DNA of 64,000 bases. Source: Octopus bimaculoides. Lineage: Eukaryota. The stretch is from the NCBI RefSeq assembly GCF_001194135.2, contig NC_068994.1, positions 12,908,156 through 12,972,155 of the forward strand. Direction: 5' to 3'. The notes below the pieces were generated by a model, which worked only from the letters and a program-made list of their open reading frames with translations, searched no databases and was not told where the DNA came from. Both the position numbers and the translations under genes were made by a program. This document shows positions 1 through 9,902 of the stretch, piece after piece (the first letter of the stretch is position 1; every line of letters starts with the position of its first letter).

Positions 1-198
1 ATGAAATGAAGTATTGAATGTCTTATTGAATATATGAAATATTGAGTGTTCAATATAAAGAATTAAATATATATATATATACATAGGGATAAGTATATTG
101 AAAGGGGTCCATGGGAAAACTGACTTCAATGAAAGGGTTGGGAACCACTGTTATATACTGTACGTCTGGCATTCTGACATGTCTTGTCCAATTTCTAG

Positions 199-348
199 CG
201 CATTATTCCATTGGTTCTTCCTCCAATTGAGAGTCCTCGAAGAAGACGTCGTGTACGACATTTGAGGATTGATGCTGATACTTGTATTAACAAGAAAGAT
301 ATACAATACAACATAGTAAATACAAGAGATATTGTGAGAAACATACAG
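199..348 (+). CDS. REC8: Rad21/Rec8-family kleisin, internal exon (RIIPLVLPPIESPRRRRRVRHLRIDADTCINKKDIQYNIVNTRDIVRNIQ); gene starts upstream of window
   Basis: ttctag| acceptor and |gtaaat donor; 150 nt, phase 0-0. The basic run followed by L-x-I-D and 'I..N..DIV' matches the central conserved kleisin motif (RAD21 KRKRKLIVD...DIV; REC8 RRRRRLLFWD). Confidence 0.85.
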
Positions 349-629
349 GTAAATATTAGTTTGTTATCTTATATTTGTGTTGAGGGATGTTAAAGATTAT
401 AAATTCCTTGCTCTTGCTATATTGTATTTTTTCAACACTTATTTTAGTCATTGTACTACAGCCATGCTGGGGCACTGCCTTGAAGAGTTTTAGTTGAACA
501 AATTGACCCCAGCACTTAAACTGTTTTTTTTTTCTTTTAAAGTCTTGTAATTATTACTCTGTCACACATCTGTGGACTTCCACATAGTTTCCTATTTCTT
601 CATTGCCCTCAAGGGGCTAAACATAGAGG

Positions 630-827
630 GGACAAACAAGGACAGACAAAGGGATTAAGTCGATTACATCGACCCCAGTGCGTAACTGGTACTTAATTTA
701 TCGACCCCGAAAGGATGAAAGGCAAAGTCGACCTCGGCAGAATTTGAACTCAGAATGTAACGGCAGACGAAATACCGCTAAGCGTTTCGCCCGGCGCACT
801 AACGTTTCTGCCAGCTCACCGCCTTTA
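630..827 (-). mobile_element. tRNA-derived SINE family C (GAGTTCAAATTC B-box; GACTTTGCCTTTCATCCTTTCGGGGTCGATAAA core)
   Basis: Many copies: about 16450-16625, 17600-17815, 22500-22680, 23885-24310 (tandem pair), 26410-26605, 46340-46555, 56670-56875, 56910-57500 and 58405-58620. Confidence 0.8.
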
Positions 828-1029
828 ATTTCCACATAGTTTCCATCTCCCAAATTCATTCACAAGGTATTGGTTGAGCCTGGGTAATAACAGAAGATGC
901 TTATCCAAGGTGGCATGCAGTGGGGATGAACCCCCAAACCATGTGGTTGGGAAGCAAGCTTCCTAACCACACAGCCACACATGTGCCTATGATAATAAAT
1001 CTAAAGTGATAGCATGAAATATAAATCTT

Positions 1030-1042
1030 CATCATTGTCACT

Positions 1043-1075
<33 letters not shown>

Positions 1076-1325
1076 TAACATCAGTTTTCTATACTGGCAT
1101 GGGCTGGATTATGTGAGAGGATCCGGTGAGCCACAGGGCTGCCTCTTGCTCCATGTCAGCTTTGGCCAGCCCCTCTGCATCCTCCAAGACAACACCAAGC
1201 CTCTGGAGAATTTCCTCAATCACTTCCTGCCATCTGGTGTTGGGCCTGCCACAGGATCCCTTTAAACCCACTGCTGCTGTGTCAAACGAGAGTAAGGCCC
1301 TGGTAGAATGATCCCAGCAGATCAT
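1030..1325 (-). mobile_element. RTE-clade LINE 3' end fragment with (GAT)n tail
   Basis: GRPNTRWQEVIEE.LQRLGV (RTE ORF C-terminus motif GRP..RW) runs directly into the CCCATGCCAGTAT...(GAT)n tail. Confidence 0.7.
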
Positions 1326-1397
1326 CCTATCAAACTTTTCAACTACAAATGATTATTTAGTCACATTTTAAACCGCTACTATCTCCTGTTTTGATAG

Positions 1398-1470
1398 GAT
1401 GTTCAAGTAGGCCATCCCCTTCTGCTAGCCAGTACAACCAAAGAACTCTTTAAGAATCCTGCCAGAAAAG
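1398..1470 (+). CDS. REC8: REC8-like exon (DVQVGHPLLLASTTKELFKNPARK)
   Basis: ttgatag|...|gtaaga; 73 nt, phase 0-1, in frame with both neighbours; ELF..P motif of the kleisin STAG-binding region. Confidence 0.85.
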
Positions 1471-2352
1471 GTAAGAAATATTTGGCAATATATTTCAGTA
1501 GTATTTAGTTTATTAATGTTGTATTCTTTGAACCATATATACAGGGAGAAGGTATTAAATACTCTGCCCTTGTGTAGGGCGCATTCAAGCCTAGAGTGGT
1601 CTATCTGGATTGTTAACTTTCCAGTGGCTTGAAGTTCATTAATCATCATCATCATCGTCGTCATTTAACGTCTGCTTTCCATGCTAGCATGGGTTGGACG
1701 ATTTGACTGAGGACTGGTGAAACCAGATGGCTACACCAGGCTCCAATCTGATTTGGCAGAGTTTCTACAGCTGGATGCCCTTCCTAACGCCAACCACTCC
1801 GAGAGTGTAGTGGGTGCTTTAACGTGCCACCTGCACGAAGGCCAGTCAGGCGGTACTGGCAACGGTCACACTCGAAATGGTGTATTTTATGTGCCACCTG
1901 CACAAGAGCCAGTCCAGGGGCACTGGCAACGATCTCGCTCGAAAGTCCTTACACATGCCACGGGCACAAGTGCCAATGTGCTTTTGAATTCCTCAGGAAT
2001 AAAAATGAGTAATAAACAGGTGACGAACGAATATATAGTGCATGTGTTTATTTGGCAAAAAAAAAGAAAAAAATTACCATCCTGAAATATAACAATAAAA
2101 AATATTCCTTATTGGAAAACAGGTGTGAATTGGTGACAGAAAGAGCATCTGGCTGTAAAATTCCTGCCTCAGTTTTCTCACATATAAGGAATGCTAGCAT
2201 GGTAAAACAGACATTAGATGGAATAAATGTGTGAGTGTGCATGATGATAAAACTTGCTGTTAATTTGGTCTCAAGACCTATGAATTTGAAGTCAAATAAC
2301 ATGCAAGAGAGCTTCTATATTATAAAAAGGATATCTGATTTTTAATTAGTAC

Positions 2353-2732
2353 GTTGTTGGCACTCCGCCACTTACGATGTCGAGGGTTCCAGTTGATCTG
2401 ATCAACGGAACAGCCTGCTTGTGAAATTAATGTGCAAGTGCCTGAGCACTCCACAGACACGTGTACCCTTAACGTAGTTCTTGGGGATATTCAGTGTGAC
2501 ACAATGTGACAAGGCTGACCCTTTGAATTACAGGCACAATAGAAACAGGAAGAAAGAGTGAAAGTTGTGGTGGAAGAGTACAGCAGGGTTCGCCACCATC
2601 CCCTGCCGGAGCCTTGTGGAGCTTTAGGTGTTTTTGCTCAATAAACACTCACAACACCCGGTCTGGGAATCGAAACCGCGATCCTATGACCGCGAGTCCG
2701 CTGCCCTAACCACTGGGCCATTGCACCTCCAC
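2353..2732 (-). mobile_element. tRNA-derived SINE, family A ((CAA)n tail), full length
   Basis: Head with A-box TGGCCCAGTGG and B-box GGTTTCGATTCCC; 8-bp TSD AATTAGTA (2344-2351 and 2733-2740). Confidence 0.85.
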
Positions 2733-3020
2733 AATTAGTATGTAACATTTACTCAAAGCACTTTTGAAGCTCTCATACCCTTCCCTCTATGCCTTCATGT
2801 ATTTCTCTCTCCTGTTATTTCATTTAATGCTTTTCGTTCTTTTCCCTTGCATGCTGTTACTTTCACTTCCTTTCTTTTCCAATACTCTCTCTTTCTCTCT
2901 TTCCTCTAGTCAATTGTTTTTATTAGGAATACTAGAAAAATAACCATCCTTCAAGCAGTGTTCTGCTAGTAGAAATAAGCACAGAAAGATTGATTTACAT
3001 ATTTTAAAAATTATTTTCAG

Positions 3021-3137
3021 CGCTAAAACATAAGCTTTTGTTTCCACTTTGGGAAAGAAACTTAAAACAAGTTGATGATTTCAGTGAAACAGAATCAGAT
3101 CAGAAAAGACCTATGTTTTGTGTACCAGAACTAGTGT
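3021..3137 (+). CDS. REC8: REC8-like exon (ALKHKLLFPLWERNLKQVDDFSETESDQKRPMFCVPELV)
   Basis: ttttcag|...|gtgagt; 117 nt, phase 1-1; L..LW.RNL motif resembles RAD21 LLKLFTRCL. Confidence 0.85.
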
Positions 3138-3296
3138 GTGAGTATTTTGGCTGTTCCATTATGTTTTAACAAGAATTTGTTGGATTCAAAGTAGATAAAG
3201 CTATGAAGATTGAGTTAAAAGCCCTCACCCTGGATAGAAATAAAAATTGGGAGGTTTCCCATAGGATTTGAAATTATATTTTTGTAACTACGACAG

Positions 3297-3374
3297 ATGA
3301 TCTGCCAATGAACCAAAGCAATCATTTGAAACATTATATCTATTTTAGAAGCTTTGTTCCTGCTAGTGAGGATT
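3297..3374 (+). CDS. REC8: Candidate additional or cassette exon of REC8-like gene (YDLPMNQSNHLKHYIYFRSFVPASED)
   Basis: cgacag|...|gtatgt; 78 nt, symmetric phase 1-1, open in the gene's frame; weak polypyrimidine tract. Confidence 0.45.
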
Positions 3375-4299
3375 GTATGTTCTTTATATCATAAGAAATA
3401 ATAGGATGTGAATATTGGATAATATATATGTATATATATATATATATATATATTTATAGATATATATATTTATAGATATATATATATATTTATAGATATA
3501 TATATATTTATAGATATATGTATATACATACACATACACACACAGTGAAAGAGAGAGAGAGATCATGAGATTTCAGCTGTTCAGTTATTTGAATATAGTA
3601 TGTACTAAATATGAAGAAAAATAAGCTTAATTTTAAATTCACACTTCTTTATCAACACAAAATTCAAATTGTGTAAAATATTATTGTATATGCATATATT
3701 TTATTCAACACTACTATTTAATACATTCCATCTTGACCAAACTTTATGCACATCAGCAAATTTATTGTGTGCTGTTTTCACATATCAGAACTGTTGTTCT
3801 GATAAAGCTGTGAAAGATGAATTTGGTATTTCTGGCTGATGATACATAACAATGCAGAAATGCATGCATCCTACAATCAGGTGACATCATTCATAGCCCC
3901 ATGTGTTTCCACACATGTTAAGAGGAGATATTTCTCCTGAGACTATTTCCACAGAGCAAGGTTTTCCTCAAAAGATTTAGTCAAATAAATCAACCCCACT
4001 ACTTATGTTTTTTTGTTTTTAAAGTCTGGTACTTATTCTAGCAGTCTCCTTTGCTAGACCACCAAGTTACAAGAATATAAACAAACCAACACTGGTTGTT
4101 AAGTGATGGTGGAGATAAACACAAAGACACACACATATTTAACAGGCTTCCACACAGTTTCTGTCTATCAAATTCACTCACAAGGTATTGATCAGCTTGT
4201 GCAGTGGTATGTCCAGTAAGTTCGCTGTCATCAATTCAAACACAACTTTGAATAATGTAAATGTGGTGTGATGGAGGAAAAAGACAACAAGAAGCAAAA

Positions 4300-4520
4300 G
4301 GACAGAATGAAACGCTAGGACCTTACCTTGTCAACCGCGGCGGAGTAAACGATGCTCCAAATCAAAACACGTCTTCCTCGTAAGCTCTCTGTCTTCTGAC
4401 TGCCGCCACGTGCTGGCATTTGACAGCGTGTGCCCGACTTCCGGTCTGGCTTCACTTCCGTTTGCTTCATCTCTCTCCACCAACAACACATAGCTCATCA
4501 CAGCCCATAACACCACAGTA
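4300..4520 (-). promoter_or_regulatory. CpG-rich promoter / first-exon-like island, antisense, inside a REC8 intron
   Basis: Local CpG/GC enrichment; two ETS-type cores (ACTTCCGG at 4437-4444 and CACTTCCG); CACGTG at 4407-4412; strong minus-strand donor AAG|GTAAGG at 4327/4326 with no upstream acceptor. Confidence 0.55.
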
Positions 4521-4683
4521 AACTTGAATTTTGTGTTGATTTATGTTGTAAGGAAGTGTGAATTTAAAACAGCTTATTTTTCTCGTCTATTTAGTACATA
4601 CTATGTTTTAACCTAAAAGATAAAATATCTGATTGCACTTTTTGATCTCCATTATTTTAATTATTAATGGTGAGATACTATAC

Positions 4684-5404
4684 TCTTACTCTTTACTCTT
4701 TTACTTATTTCAGTCATTTGACTGCAGCCATGCTGGAGCACCACCTTTAGTCAAACAAATCGACCCCAGGACTTATTCTTTGGAAGCCTAGTACTTATTT
4801 TATCGGTCTCTTTTGCCAAACCGCTAAGTTACGGGGACATAAACACACCAGCATCGGTTGTCAAGCAATGTTGGGGGGGGCAAACACAGACACACAAACA
4901 CACACATACACACACACACANNNNNNNNNNNNNNNNNNNNNNNNNNNNNNNNNNNNNNNNNNNNNNNNNNNNNNNNNNNNNNNNNNNNNNNNNNNNNNNN
5001 NNNNNNNNNNNNNNNNNNNNNNNNNNNNNNNNNNNNNNNNNNNNNNNNNNNNNNNNNNNNNNNNNNNNNNNNNNNNNNNNNNNNNNNNNNNNNNNNNNNN
5101 NNNNNNNNNNNNNNNNNNNNNNNNNNNNNNNNNNNNNNNNNNNNNNNNNNNNNNNNNNNNNNNNNNNNNNNNNNNNNNNNNNNNNNNNNNNNNNNNNNNN
5201 NNNNNNNNNNNNNNNNNNNNNNNATATATATACATATACATATATACGATGGGCTTCTTTCAGTTTCCATCTATCAAATCCACTCACAAGGCTTTGGTCG
5301 GCCCGAGGCTATAGTAGAAGACACTTGCCCAAGGTGCCACACAGTGGGACTGAACCCGGAACCACGTGGTTGGTAAGCAAGCTACTTACCACACAGCCAC
5401 TCCT
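4684..5404 (-). mobile_element. tRNA-derived SINE family B with internal microsatellite (gap)
   Basis: Head GGAGTGGCTGTGTGGTAAG...GGTTCAGTCCC, CORE-like CCTTGGGCAAGT, central (TA/CA)n, tail GAAATAAGTAAAAGAGTAAAGAG. Confidence 0.8.
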
Positions 5405-5760
5405 GGATATATTTTCTCAGTAAACTTTCCTCATATTCAACTTTCTTCATGGTGAATTGATAGTAGTGAACTTACCTGTAATCATGCAGTGAAACTGAAC
5501 CTGAAACCACGTGGTTGCAAAGCAACCTGCCCAGGAGCACAATATGCTGACTGCTGTAGGGATTTGAACCTGCAACTTTGTGATTATCATCCTATTTTTG
5601 AACTAGCAGCTTTGTGTCACAGAATCAGAAGCAATCTGAGGAGGGTTGGTTAATATGAAACACTTGAATTAAAATCTTTACAATCATCACTTGTTGAATA
5701 TGAATCATTCTGTGTCTTTGTACAACTTATTTATTAATTTCTGCTTCTTTTATCGTTTAG

Positions 5761-5801
5761 TGACCTCTGATTCCTCAACTCCCAGGTCTGATCAACCACA
5801 G
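5761..5801 (+). CDS. REC8: REC8-like micro-exon (LTSDSSTPRSDQPQ)
   Basis: cgtttag|...|gtatgt; 41 nt, phase 1-0, bridging the phase-1 upstream exon to the phase-0 exon at 6655. Confidence 0.75.
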
Positions 5802-5919
5802 GTATGTTAATTTTTTAATCTTTCAATCCGAAATATAATCAATGTTTTGCTATGCTTTTGATACTTTCAACACTTGTTTCTTACCTTTGAGAATTAGAAA
5901 TTCTTTCATGGGCAAGCGA

Positions 5920-6284
5920 AAGCGAAATTGTGATGGCATCTGTGCCTAGCAACGCCTTTCTGGCACTTGTGCCCATGGCATGTGTAAGGACTTTCGAGCG
6001 AGATCGTTGCCAGTGCCCCTGGACTGGCTCTTGTGCGGGTGGCACATAAAATACACCATTTCGAGCGTGGCAATTGCCAGTACCACCTGACTGGCCTTTG
6101 TGCGGGTGACACGTAAAAGCACCCACTACACTCTTGGAGTGGTTGGCGTTAGGAAGGGCATCCGGCTGTAGAAACTCTGCCAAATCAGATTGGAGCCTGG
6201 TGTAGCCATCTGGTTTCACCAGTCCTCAGTCAAATCGTCCAACCCATGCTAGCATGGAAAGCGGACGTTAAACGACGATGATGA
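5920..6284 (+). mobile_element. Retroposon family D: internal ~60-bp tandem units plus (GAT)n tail
   Basis: GTGGTTGGCGTTAGGAAGGGCATCC...CCCATGCTAGCATGGAAAGCGGACGTTAAACGACGATGATG. Minus copies at about 1645-1975, 8517-8880, 11158-11945, 28829-29120, 55800-56190, 61365-61592 and 63572-63745; plus copies at 20840-21010, 30451-30722, 42770-42965, 49420-49572 and 52836-52967. Confidence 0.85.
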
Positions 6285-6654
6285 TTGCACTGTGGCCATG
6301 CTGGAGCACCATATTGAAAGGTTTCAGTTAATTATATCAATCTCACTAATTCCTAAGCTCATATCTTACGACGATCAACTTTGCCTTTCTTTCTAAATAA
6401 CAGCCTGTTAAAAATAGCGTGGGTTAAAAATCCTTTTGGAATAAAAACGGTTGAAGGCTGCCTGTGAGACACAAATACACAGGACAGACATTCTACCTTT
6501 GTACCAAAACAATCCTTCAAATACCTCTATTTTAGAAATTTTATTCTTACCGGCAAGAACTGCTTGTTGGAATTTTTTTTTTTCCTCCACAAAAACTGTT
6601 TTAAACATATGAAAAAATGATGATGTCTGAATGTTAAGCTTTTGTTTCTTGTAG

Positions 6655-6803
6655 GACATTTCATCTGTAGAGTTACCTCGGCCGTCATCTGATGTTAGTG
6701 ACCGTCAAAGGTCAAGCGTAGCTGACAGAAGTGTGACTCCTGTCAGTCTTAAAACTGGAAGATTGACAGATTCTTTGCATGAAAGCACTCCTAGGAAAAA
6801 AAG
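6655..6803 (+). CDS. REC8: REC8-like exon, Ser/Thr-rich linker (DISSVELPRPSSDVSDRQRSS...STPRKK)
   Basis: tttcttgtag|...|gtaaaa; 149 nt, open, phase 0-2. Confidence 0.8.
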
Positions 6804-6984
6804 GTAAAAACATATATATGGCTGTGTGGTAAGAAGCTTGCTTTCCAACCACACGGTTCCGGGTTCAATCCCATTGCGTAGTACCTAGAACAAGTTTCTT
6901 TTTCTATAGCCTTGGGCTGACTAAAGTGTTGTGAGTAGATCTGGTAGAAGGAAACTGAAAGAAGCCCATCATATATATATATAT

Positions 6985-7332
6985 ATATGAATAATAACAA
7001 TAAATGGAGCAAAACGCATATAAATAAAATTTCCTTTAATTCCTACACCTGTTTCAAAATGTATGTGTACTCTACTCCAAAGTAAGAGCTGCTGGAATTC
7101 CACATGTATTCATCGTGGAATGAGGTAACTTACGAGTTATAACTCATAAGTTACCTCATCATTTCGCATTTGTCTTGCTTCTATATGTTGTTTCCCTGAC
7201 GATGAATATATGTGGAATTCCAGCAGCTCTTACTTCTTTGGAGTAGTGGCACATATATTTTGAAACATATGTAGGAATTAAAGGAACTTTTATTTATATG
7301 TGTTTTGCTCCATCTATTGTTATTATTCATAT
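6985..7332. mobile_element. Foldback (inverted-arm) element with hammerhead-like motif; probable Penelope-like-element relic
   Basis: Arms of about 130 bp are imperfect reverse complements; the spacer contains a further palindrome (GAGGTAACTTACGAGTTATAACTCATAAGTTACCTC); hammerhead-like motif at 7192-7277. Confidence 0.75.
7192..7277 (+). ncRNA. Minimal type-I hammerhead ribozyme-like motif
   Basis: TTCC-CTGACGA-T-[GAATATATGTG...CACATATATTT]-T-GAAA-CATATG-TA^GGAA: stem I TTCC/GGAA, 11-bp stem II, palindromic loop III, putative cleavage after A7273; non-canonical U.U at the base of stem II. Confidence 0.65.
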
Positions 7333-8068
7333 CTACTCAAAATGCATCACTTCAACTTGGTATCTCTACCTATAAAACTGGTGTGATATCCTGTTTTTTT
7401 GTGTGATTTTTGCTACCCATGGTAACTATTAACATATTTACATTGTCAAAGTATTTTTTAACTGAGATAATATTAATATATATNNNNNNNNNNNNNNNNN
7501 NNNNNNNNNNNNNNNNNNNNNNNNNNNNNNNNNNNNNNNNNNNNNNNNNNNNNNNNNNNNNNNNNNNNNNNNNNNNNNNNNNNNNNNNNNNNNNNNNNNN
7601 NNNNNNNNNNNNNNNNNNNNNNNNNNNNNNNNNNNNNNNNNNNNNNNNNNNNNNNNNNNNNNNNNNNNNNNNNNNNNNNNNNNNNNNNNNNNNNNNNNNN
7701 NNNNNNNNNNNNNNNNNNNNNNNNNNNNNNNNNNNNNNNNNNNNNNNNNNNNNNNNNNNNNNNNNNNNNNNNNNNNNNNNNNNNNNNNNNNNNNNNNNNN
7801 NNNNNNNNNNNNNNNNNNNNNNNNNNNNNNNNNNNNNNNNNNNNNNNNNNNNNNNNNNNNNNNNNNNNNNNNNNNNNNNNNNNNNNNNNNNNNNNNNNNN
7901 NNNNNNNNNNNNNNNNNNNNNNNNNNNNNNNNNNNNNNNNNNNNNNNNNNNNNNNNNNNNNNNNNNNNNNNNNNNNNNNNNNNNNNNNNNNNNNNNNNNN
8001 NNTAGATCAATGTGTGTGTCTGTATTTTCCCTCACCTCCCCACCAGGATCCTCCCTGATCCAATTGAC

Positions 8069-8254
8069 CAGTGCTCCACAACTTTTTTTCACTTGTGGAA
8101 CACTTATATTCTTTTCAAAATCCAGTGGCACACCTAAACTAAAAATATAACTAAAAGTATGGGGGAAAACATTATATTCAGGTTACACTGTGGTACACCT
8201 AGCTTCGTCTCGTGGCACACTAGTGTGCTGTGGCATACCAGTGGCAGAGCACTG
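8069..8254. mobile_element. Short hAT-like MITE
   Basis: Termini CAGTGCTC / GAGCACTG; flanking 8-mers CAATTGAC and AAACAGAC are only 5/8 identical (decayed TSD?). Confidence 0.45.
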
Positions 8255-9082
8255 AAACAGACTCATAATGCTGGTTTCCTGGATACTGTGACATATAGAC
8301 TCCACCCACCAACGAGACACTGGTCTACCACATGATCACTCATTTTGGGCAACTGAGTAGACTGCAGCCACATGAAATGAAGTGTTTTGCTCAGGGACAC
8401 AACACACCACCCAATCCAGGAATCAAAACTATAATCTTACAATCATGTGTCTGATACCCTAACCACTAATCCACACACTTCCACTAGGGCAAAAGTGACC
8501 GCAGCAGAATTTGAATTCATCATCATCATCATCATCGTTTAACGTCCGCTTTCCAAACTAGCATGGGTTGGACGATTTGACTGAGGACCAGGCTCCAGGC
8601 TGATTTGGCAGAGTTTCTACAGCTGGATGCCCTTCCTAACGCCAACCACTCCAAGTGTGTAGTGGGTGCTTTTACGTGCCACCGGCACGAAGGCCAGTCA
8701 GGCGGTACTGGCAACGGCCACGCTCAAATGGTGTATTTTATGTGCCACCTGCACAAGAGCCAGTCCAGGGGCACTGGCAACGATCTTGCTTGAATGTCTT
8801 TACACATGCCACGGGCACAAGTGCCAGAAAGGCGATGCTGGGCACAGGTGCCATCCCAATTTCGCTTTCACTTGCCCCAATAAGTCTTCGCAAGCTGAGT
8901 TTCGTGTCCAACATGAAAGAACCAGAAGAAATGTTGCTTAGCATTTTGTCCAATATACTAACAATCCTGCCAGCTTGACCTCAGTAGATTAATAAAATAA
9001 GTTACCATCATGTACTGGTTTATATGCCTTCCTTCTTGAGAAATTTATGTGTTTTTTGCCAATGTAAAAAAGAATTATCATA

Positions 9083-9470
9083 GGCGCAGGAGTGGCTGTG
9101 TGGTAAGTAGCTTACTTACCAACCACATGGTTCCGGGTTCAGTCCCACTGTGTGGCACCTTGGGCAAGTGTCTTCTACTATAGCCTCGGGTTGACCAAAG
9201 CCTTGTGAGTGGATTTGGTAGACGGAAACTGAAAGAAGCCCGTCATATATATGTGTGTTTGTGTGTCTGTGTTTGTCCCTCCAACATCGCTTGACAACCG
9301 ATGCTGGTGTGTTTACGTCCCCGTAACTTAGCGGTTCGGCAAAAAAGAGACCGATAGCATAAGTACTAGGCTTACAAAGAATAAGTCCTGGGTGTCGATT
9401 TTCTCGACTAAAGGCGGTGCTCCAGCATGGTCGCGCAGTCAAATGACTGAAACAAGTAAAAGAGTAAGAG
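9083..9470 (+). mobile_element. tRNA-derived SINE family B, full length
   Basis: Complete head to tail; probable TSD TATCAT (9076-9081 and 9471-9476). Other copies at about 850-985, 6820-6970, 18370-18680, 23458-23760, 48115-48460, 53336-53715, 54340-54480, 58690-59180 and 63890-64000. Confidence 0.82.
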
Positions 9471-9516
9471 TATCATTGCTGGTAAGCGATGTTCATTGTA
9501 TACATTGCAATTTCAG

Positions 9517-9705
9517 GAAAACCAAAAGCCTGAGTGAAGAAGAGACAACCCAAATTGAACAACTTTCAATCCAGCAACTTGATGAGGAGCTGTATCCTTT
9601 AGTTGAAGAAATACCTCTGGATTTACCCAGCATATCAATATCTCCTGTGAAATCGGATGAAGACAAAACCCCTAAATTTAGGCACCTTCAAGATTATATT
9701 GTAAT
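9517..9705 (+). CDS. REC8: REC8-like exon, acidic linker (KTKSLSEEETTQIEQ...FRHLQDYIV)
   Basis: tttcag|...|gtaaga; 189 nt, phase 2-2, in frame with neighbours. Confidence 0.8.
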
Positions 9706-9902
9706 GTAAGACGTATAACCTTGTTATTTGTTGTTTCCATGTCTCACATTTTTTGTTGTTAATTTATCTTCATCTAATCTTTTAAGAGGACTGTTGCTAA
9801 AGTTCTCGTTAGTGAGAAAATATGTGTCCTCCTCTTTAGCATGATGTCTGTTTTCATCCTTCTATCATTGTTTGACTTTTAACCCTTTAGTATTCAGCTT
9901 AT

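Noticed and set aside
1824-1975. CRISPR-like repeat/spacer look of the ~60-bp units
   Set aside because: Units are degenerate internal tandem repeats of a dispersed eukaryotic retroposon; there are no unique spacers and no cas genes.
1717-2085. Recurrent ORFs 'MKPDG(Y/N)TRLQSDLAEFLQLDALPNANHS...' as a multigene family
   Set aside because: These are antisense translations of family D repeats with non-ATG starts; frames differ between copies.
4327-4419. The antisense exon as the missing MADD exon 3
   Set aside because: No acceptor, no MADD similarity, and the frame compatible with MADD's phase 2 contains a stop.
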